In this document: positions 58,325 to 64,000 of the stretch, piece by piece | Layout of the letters: every line of letters starts with the position of its first letter | Position numbering within the stretch: the stretch's first letter is position 1 | Origin: a bacterium | Lineage (GTDB): Bacteria > Krumholzibacteriota > Krumholzibacteriia > G020349025 | Reading direction: 5' to 3' | Assembly (NCBI GenBank): GCA_031362565.1 | Contig: JANLSU010000050.1 | Location: 1 to 64,000 of the forward strand | DNA length: 64,000 nucleotides | Notes under the pieces: model-generated | What the model was told of the DNA's origin: nothing | Databases searched by the model: none | The model's input: the letters and a program-made list of their open reading frames with translations, nothing else | Translations under genes and position numbers: made by a program

Positions 58325-60586
58325 GTGACCTACGCACAGTTGTTCTCCACCCTGTCGCTCGTCGGTGGCCTGGCGATTCTGCCACTCGGCCTGGTGATCC
58401 TGCGCGAGAACCCGCGCAGCCCGGTCAATCGCGCCACGGCCCTCATGCTGTTCTCGGGCGCGTTCGGTTCGATGCTCGGCGCCCTGGGACGGCTTCTCGA
58501 CCAGCCGGCGGCGACGGCCGGCGCTTCGGCGGCCTGGCTGCGGAGCTTCGCCTATCTCTGGGAGTTCTTTTTCCCATCGCTGTTGTACTTCGCCCTCGTG
58601 TATCCGATCGCGCTGGTGCGCGACCGCCAACTGCGGGTCATGGAGGCGGCGCTCTACATCCCCCACTTGTGCCACTTGGCGCTCGTTCTCCTGGTGGGCG
58701 ACAGCGCCGTCGGCGCCCGCGCCATCGACGCCGTCGTGGCGCGCGCCGGGAGCGGCACGGTCGGCGATCTCATCTCGTCGTTCCTCGACGTATTGAGTTT
58801 CATGGTGACGTTGCTGGGGCGCATTCACCAGCAGATCTTCTCGATCGTCAATCTGTCGTACGCCGGGGTCGCCATTCATCTCCTGCGGCGCAGCGGCAGC
58901 CGGGTGCGGAGCGCGCGGGTCCGCGGCCAAGTGCGGATCATCGTCGTCGGCCTGACCCTCTGTGTCATCGGCTACGGCACCGCCAAGTTGCTGCCGGTGT
59001 TCTTCGCGTATCGCGCTAGCGATGCGCTCGAAGTCATGCTCACGAGCATCGCGCTGCTGGTGGCGAGCGGCACGATCGGCTGGGCCATCGTGCGCCACAA
59101 ATTCCTCGACATGCGGAACTTGGCCCGCCGCTCGATCCTGTACGGCACGACGGCGCTCCTGTTCGCGGCGTTCTATATCGTCGTCATGAAACAGATCGCC
59201 CGTCTCACCGCCGGGGCCTTCGGGCCGAACGCCGACATCATCGAAGCGGGTTTCATCGTCGTGTCGGTGCTGGTGTTCCAGCCGCTGCTCTTGGGTGCCG
59301 AAGAAGTGCTCGAATCGTTACTGCGCCGGCGCGGCGGCGGTGATCCGCAGTCCATGCTGCAGGATTTGTCGCGGGCGCTGGCCGTGGAAGTCGATCTGGT
59401 TTCGATGCGGGTCCGATTGGCTGCGAATCTGCGCCAGAGCCTGCTCGTGGACGGCGCAACGCTCTACACCCTGGAGCGCCTGCCGGGCGGCATGGTGCTG
59501 GACGCCGGCGACCGCCGGGCGCGCCTCGAACCCGGCTCGTCGCTCGCATCATTGGTGCGCTTCTTCGAGTCGGCCCCGGAGCCGGCGCTGCGCCAGGACC
59601 TGGAGCGATCGCTGCCGCGCACCACCGAGGCCGACCGCGAGACGTTGCTGACTTGGATCCAGGACCAGGCGCTGTTCGTACCGATCGTGCGCCAGAACGA
59701 ACTGCGCGGCTTGCTTGGCGTCGGACCGAAGGTGACCGGCGCCCGCTTTCATTCCGAGGATGTAGGCTTGCTCGTCTTGATCGCGCAGCAAATCGGCGTG
59801 TCCCTCGAAAACCTGCGCCTGTTGTCCGACAATCTGCGCAAGCGCTTGCTGGAGGAAGAACTGCAGCTTGCCGCCGAAATCCAAAAGCAATTGCTGCCGA
59901 CCATTTTCCCGGACCAGCTGGGGTACGCGACCCACGCGCTGAGTCTCGCCAGCAAGGAAGTCGGCGGCGACTATTTCGACCTGTTCGTGGCCCGTGACGG
60001 ACGCATGCACCTCGCCATTGCCGACGTCTCGGGGAAGGGGATGCCGGCGGCGCTGCTCATGGCTTCGCTGCGCGCCGCACTGCGCTCCAACGTCCAGCAT
60101 CTGGACTCACCCGCCAGGGTGCTGGAGCACATCAACGACCTGCTGTACGAAAGCACTTCGCTGGAGAAGTTCGCGACGTTCTTCTTCGGCACCCTCGACA
60201 TGCGGACCCACGAACTCGTGTACGCGAATGCCGGCCACAATTATCCGGTTCTCGTGCGCGCCGACGGCGAAGTGCGAGAACTCGCCGAAGGCGGCTTGGT
60301 GCTGGGCATCGTCCCAGGAACGTGTTACGAGGACGGCAGAACCAGTCTGGGTCCGGGGGACGTGCTGTTCTTGTATACCGACGGCATCACCGAAGCCATG
60401 GACAACCTCGAGGAGGAGTTCGGCGTGGACCGGCTGCATGCCCATCTGCGCGACAACGTGCATTGCTGCGCCTCCGAGATCGTCGATGGCGTGTTGCGCG
60501 AAGTGCGGCAATTCGTGCGCGGCTTGGAACTGGGCGATGACGTCACCATGCTCGTGGTGCGGCGCGCGGTCGTGGCCGTGTCTTGA
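58325..60586 (+). CDS. Multi-TM sensor + GAF + PP2C (RsbU-like) phosphatase
   Basis: N-terminal TM helices; GAF; VGGDYFD, ADVSGKG, NAGH, YTDGITEA, DDVT. Confidence 0.92.
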   Translation: MTYAQLFSTLSLVGGLAILPLGLVILRENPRSPVNRATALMLFSGAFGSMLGALGRLLDQPAATAGASAAWLRSFAYLWEFFFPSLLYFALVYPIALVRDRQLRVMEAALYIPHLCHLALVLLVGDSAVGARAIDAVVARAGSGTVGDLISSFLDVLSFMVTLLGRIHQQIFSIVNLSYAGVAIHLLRRSGSRVRSARVRGQVRIIVVGLTLCVIGYGTAKLLPVFFAYRASDALEVMLTSIALLVASGTIGWAIVRHKFLDMRNLARRSILYGTTALLFAAFYIVVMKQIARLTAGAFGPNADIIEAGFIVVSVLVFQPLLLGAEEVLESLLRRRGGGDPQSMLQDLSRALAVEVDLVSMRVRLAANLRQSLLVDGATLYTLERLPGGMVLDAGDRRARLEPGSSLASLVRFFESAPEPALRQDLERSLPRTTEADRETLLTWIQDQALFVPIVRQNELRGLLGVGPKVTGARFHSEDVGLLVLIAQQIGVSLENLRLLSDNLRKRLLEEELQLAAEIQKQLLPTIFPDQLGYATHALSLASKEVGGDYFDLFVARDGRMHLAIADVSGKGMPAALLMASLRAALRSNVQHLDSPARVLEHINDLLYESTSLEKFATFFFGTLDMRTHELVYANAGHNYPVLVRADGEVRELAEGGLVLGIVPGTCYEDGRTSLGPGDVLFLYTDGITEAMDNLEEEFGVDRLHAHLRDNVHCCASEIVDGVLREVRQFVRGLELGDDVTMLVVRRAVVAVS

Positions 60587-61029
60587 CCGCGCCCGGCGAC
60601 GCGGCCTGGCCGCGCTTCAGCACGGTTCTGGGCCTCGATCCGGGCGACCGGCGCGTCGGACTCGCAATCAGCGACCCAGAGCGGCGGGTTGCGGTCGGTC
60701 TACCCACCTTCGACCGGCAGTCTGGGCGGAAGCTCGTCGACCACCTCCGTGAACTCTTGCAAGTCTACGCCGTGCATCGCATTGTCGTAGGCGAACCGCG
60801 GACGATGCGGGGCGAAATCGGCGCCGCGGCGCGTAAATCCGCCACGCTGGCGCGCCACTTGCGACGCGAACTCGGCGTGGACGTCGACTTGTGGGACGAG
60901 CGCCTGACCAGCGTCGCCGGCGACCGCGTTCTGCGCGGGACGCGCGCCGCCAAAGGGGCGCGCGACCGCATCGCGGCGACACTGCTGTTGCAAAGCTACC
61001 TCGACCGGCTCCACGCGGAGGATTCGTGA
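60583..61029 (+). CDS. ruvX: YqgF/RuvX pre-16S rRNA nuclease
   Basis: LGLDPGDRRVGLAISD..WDERLTS..LLQSYL. Confidence 0.93.
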   Translation: MTAPGDAAWPRFSTVLGLDPGDRRVGLAISDPERRVAVGLPTFDRQSGRKLVDHLRELLQVYAVHRIVVGEPRTMRGEIGAAARKSATLARHLRRELGVDVDLWDERLTSVAGDRVLRGTRAAKGARDRIAATLLLQSYLDRLHAEDS

Positions 61030-62195
61030 GGCGCGGGCTCGTCTGGACGCTTGTCGTGACCCTGTGCGTCGCGCTTTGCGGCGCGGCGGGCGGCGTGTTG
61101 TTCGTGGTCCGGCCCATTCTCTACGGCGACCGCGCCGGGACCGATCCGGTGCGCGTCGACATTCCCGCCGGCACCGGGCTCGCGGACATCGCCGGGCGCC
61201 TCGACGCGGCGCATGTCATCCAACATCCATTCGTGTTCCGCCGCTACGCAACGATGGCGCACTTCGATCGCCAGGTGCGGCCCGGCGAATACGAGTTTGT
61301 GGCCGGGGAATCGTACCGGCGCATTCTCGAGCGGCTGCGCGAGGGCGACATCATTCAGATCAAAGTCACGATTCCAGAGGGTTTGACCTGCAAGGAAATC
61401 GCCGACATCGTTCAGAGGAAGCTGGGCATCGGTCGCGAGGTCTTCTTGGCTGCGACCGAAGACCACGAATTGCTCCGGCGGCACAACATCGATTCGCCGA
61501 GCTTCGAGGGCTATCTCTTCCCCGACACCTATTTTTTCCCGAGCAAGTCGACCGCCCAGGACGTCATCGAAGCACTCCTGCAGCGGTTCTTCACGGCCTG
61601 GACCCCGGAACTCGAGGAGCGGGCCCGTTCTATCGGCATGACGCGCGGGCAGGTGTTGGCGCTCGCCTCGATTATCGAAGGTGAGGCGCTGCTCAATTCG
61701 GAGCGGCCGCGCATTTCGGCCGTGTATCACAACCGCCTGCGGCGCGACATGCTGCTGCAAGCCGACCCCACCGTGTTGTATGCACTGGGCGGCATCAGGC
61801 GACGGGTGCTGTACCGCGACTTGCTCGTTCCGTCGCCGTTCAACACCTACGTCAACCGTGGCCTGCCGCCCGGCCCCATCAACAACCCGGGCCTGCTGTC
61901 GATCGAGGCCGCCTTGTCGCCGACGTCCGGGGTGGAAGACATCTACTTCGTGGCCGCGAACGACGGCACGGGCCGCCACGTGTTCACTCACACTCTGGTG
62001 GATCACGAGGCGGCGAAGCACCACGCGGACCGGCTTTCGGCAGCCCGGATTGCGGCCAGCGCCGCGAAGCGCGACAGCGAGGACTTGAGCCCGGGTGCGC
62101 CGGTCGAAGGCAAGCATCCCAAAGGCGGGACGGCGGCCGCCGCCGCAACTGCCCCCGCGCCGCCACGCCGCGACCGGGATGACGACTCGGATTGA
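61026..62195 (+). CDS. mltG: Endolytic transglycosylase
   Basis: TIPEG, EGYLFPDTY, LASIIEGE, VYHNRL, LQADPT, GLPPGPINNPG. Confidence 0.95.
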   Translation: MRRGLVWTLVVTLCVALCGAAGGVLFVVRPILYGDRAGTDPVRVDIPAGTGLADIAGRLDAAHVIQHPFVFRRYATMAHFDRQVRPGEYEFVAGESYRRILERLREGDIIQIKVTIPEGLTCKEIADIVQRKLGIGREVFLAATEDHELLRRHNIDSPSFEGYLFPDTYFFPSKSTAQDVIEALLQRFFTAWTPELEERARSIGMTRGQVLALASIIEGEALLNSERPRISAVYHNRLRRDMLLQADPTVLYALGGIRRRVLYRDLLVPSPFNTYVNRGLPPGPINNPGLLSIEAALSPTSGVEDIYFVAANDGTGRHVFTHTLVDHEAAKHHADRLSAARIAASAAKRDSEDLSPGAPVEGKHPKGGTAAAAATAPAPPRRDRDDDSD

Positions 62196-62234
62196 CGCGC
62201 CGACGGACGGCGGCGAGTCGGCTATACTGCGGGC

Positions 62235-63161
62235 ATGAAGAACGAAACCGTTCAACCGGCGACACCCAAGACTCCACCTGAGCCCGCGGCCGCGCCCGCG
62301 ACCCCGGCCACCCCGACGCCTACCGAAGCGCGCCTGCGGGCCGTACTGCAGCGTCATGGCCGCGTTCTCGTCGCTTTCTCGGGCGGCGTCGACAGCACCC
62401 TGGTGTTGCGTGCCGCGATCGAGGCCCTCGGCCGTGACTCGGTGCTCGCGGTCACCGGGGTGTCGGCGTCCCTGGCCGAGAGCGAACGCGTCGACGCCGA
62501 AGCACTGGCGAGCGCCATGGGGGCGACGCACCGCTGGCTCGACACGCATGAACTCGAGAATCCGAACTACGCGGCGAATCCCACCAACCGCTGCTATTTC
62601 TGCAAGAGCGAACTGTACGACCGCTTACAGGAAGTCGCCGCCCGCGACGGGTACGACGCGATCCTCGACGGCACCAACCTGGACGACGTGCACGACATTC
62701 GTCCCGGGCGCCAAGCGGCGCGTGAGCGCGGCGTCGTGAGTCCGCTCTTGGAAGCGGGCCTGACGAAGAGCGACGTGCGCGCCCTGTCCCAGGCCTGGGG
62801 CCTGCCGACATGGGACAAACCCGAGATGCCATGTCTCTCGTCGCGAATTCCGTACGGTAGCGCGGTCGATCCGGAAAAGCTGCGGCAGATCGAGACCGCC
62901 GAAGACGTCTTGCGCCGCGCCGGGGTGCGTGGCGGACGGGTGCGCCATCATGGCGAGATCGCGCGCCTCGAGCTGCCCGCCGAGTCGCTGGAGCGGTTTG
63001 CGGACGCGACGTTTCGCGACACCGTCGCGGCGGGAATTCGGGCCGCCGGGTTCGCCTACGTCACCCTGGACCTCGACGGCTATCGCAAGGGGCGCCTGAA
63101 CGAAGCGGTCGCGGCGCAAATCGCCTGGCGCCCGTCGCGCCCGCCCGAAGGCACTCGGTAG
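62235..63161 (+). CDS. larE: ATP-dependent sacrificial sulfur transferase LarE-like
   Basis: AFSGGVDS, RCYFCK, DGTNLDD, RPG, PCLSSRIPYG. Confidence 0.92.
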   Translation: MKNETVQPATPKTPPEPAAAPATPATPTPTEARLRAVLQRHGRVLVAFSGGVDSTLVLRAAIEALGRDSVLAVTGVSASLAESERVDAEALASAMGATHRWLDTHELENPNYAANPTNRCYFCKSELYDRLQEVAARDGYDAILDGTNLDDVHDIRPGRQAARERGVVSPLLEAGLTKSDVRALSQAWGLPTWDKPEMPCLSSRIPYGSAVDPEKLRQIETAEDVLRRAGVRGGRVRHHGEIARLELPAESLERFADATFRDTVAAGIRAAGFAYVTLDLDGYRKGRLNEAVAAQIAWRPSRPPEGTR

Positions 63162-63422
63162 GGCGGCGCAACCGCACTGCCGGATGCCACGGCGGTCGCG
63201 GGCCCACTCTCGGCCCGACGGCACGCCCCTGCCGTCCTGGGCCCGCATCGCCGCGCCGCGGCACGTGTCGCCCGAACCCTCGCACCCAAGCCCAAGACGC
63301 GGGTCAGATGCCCCGCAGCGATGACATCCGGCGAGCGGTCTCACGCAGAGCGGTCCACTAGGCTCCCGGAAACAGCTGGGGCCCGCTCCTCAAAGTTCCT
63401 CGCCGCTCCGATGAATTTCTGC

Positions 63423-63452
63423 TTGACGGATTCCCGACGTTGCCGATATCCT
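63423..63452 (+). promoter_or_regulatory. Sigma70-like promoter for the small ORF and tRNA-Val
   Basis: TTGACG-N18-TATCCT. Confidence 0.5.
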
Positions 63453-63485
63453 CCTACTTGCTTCTCTCTGCTTCCGAGGGAGTTC

Positions 63486-63665
63486 ATGACCCAAAGAGAG
63501 GGAATGCGTTCGAAGCGCAGCCGTTGGCTGTTCCTGGGGGGGATCGCTTCGATCGCGTTGGGTTATGTTCTCCTAGCGATGAACGATAAGTTCCTGGCAC
63601 CGTTTCTGCTCGTGGCAGGATACCTGGTGCTCGTGCCCTTGTCGTTCATCGTGTCGGGCGAATAG
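63486..63665 (+). CDS. Small two-TM membrane protein (start 63486 or 63504)
   Basis: GGGAG RBS; LFLGGIASIALGYVLL..LAPFLLVAGYLVLVP; stop codon lies inside tRNA-Val. Confidence 0.65.
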   Translation: MTQREGMRSKRSRWLFLGGIASIALGYVLLAMNDKFLAPFLLVAGYLVLVPLSFIVSGE

Positions 63666-63732
63666 CTCAGCCGGTTAGAGCGCCTGCCTTACAAGCAGGA
63701 GGCCACAGGTTCGAGTCCTGTTTCGCCCACCA
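63656..63732 (+). tRNA. tRNA-Val(TAC)
   Basis: GGGCGAA/TTCGCCC acceptor, CCTGC-CT TAC AA-GCAGG, TTCGAGT, CCA. Confidence 0.97.
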
Positions 63733-63842
63733 CTCTGAGTGATCCTAAGAGGGCCCGCAGCGCCGAACGATGATTCGTTTCGGATTTGCGACGCTTTCAT
63801 CTCGACGGGGTCGAATCGTTCTGGAATGACGTAACACGCGAC

Positions 63843-63872
63843 TTGACAACGACTCAGATGCGGTGGTAGGCT
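63843..63872 (+). promoter_or_regulatory. Sigma70-like promoter for a gene starting just beyond the window
   Basis: TTGACA-N18-TAGGCT; GGAGG at the window end. Confidence 0.5.
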
Positions 63873-64000
63873 TGCCGAAGTCAAGTTTCCACCCAAGCGA
63901 AGCCCGGAGGGAGGTGCGAGGGGACTCCTGTATCAGCAACAACTTCGGGTTTTGACTTCCGTCTCGAATGACTCGCTGAATGTCCTTTTGGAGGTGTCGC

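Overview
High-GC diderm bacterial chromosome segment. The lineage is probably an FCB-related candidate phylum such as Krumholzibacteriota, Latescibacterota or Eisenbacteria, inferred only from C-terminal secretion-type motifs. (1) Bases 148-6420 are an accretion zone at tRNA-Arg(TCT). The tRNA 3' half is repeated twice downstream, and each copy is preceded at exactly 136 bp by the same arm-like motif with 10-bp-phased GGGA boxes. Two further core-less relics of that arm occur. Between them lie small, uniformly minus-strand cassettes (intact and broken toxin-antitoxin genes, a lipoprotein, a VOC protein), with no integrase in the window. (2) Bases 6.7-34 kb hold secreted or envelope proteins (phosphoesterase, FG-GAP protein, gingipain-like C25 protease), a DUF222-like HNH gene and a complete group II intron (21602-23544, EBS1/IBS1 pairing visible). 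They also hold an operon whose first gene is an exported UxxC selenoprotein redoxin, split by the ORF caller at an in-frame TGA followed by a SECIS-like hairpin, and then TlpA and a DUF6029-like barrel. (3) Bases 35-64 kb are mostly housekeeping: cyclophilin, porin, glpKD, trxB, ssb, tRNA-Lys, tmRNA, tdk-yggS-divIVA-PNP-dksA-like-lspA-rluD, a partner-switching module, ruvX-mltG-larE and tRNA-Val. All family assignments come from motif recognition by eye, with no database search.
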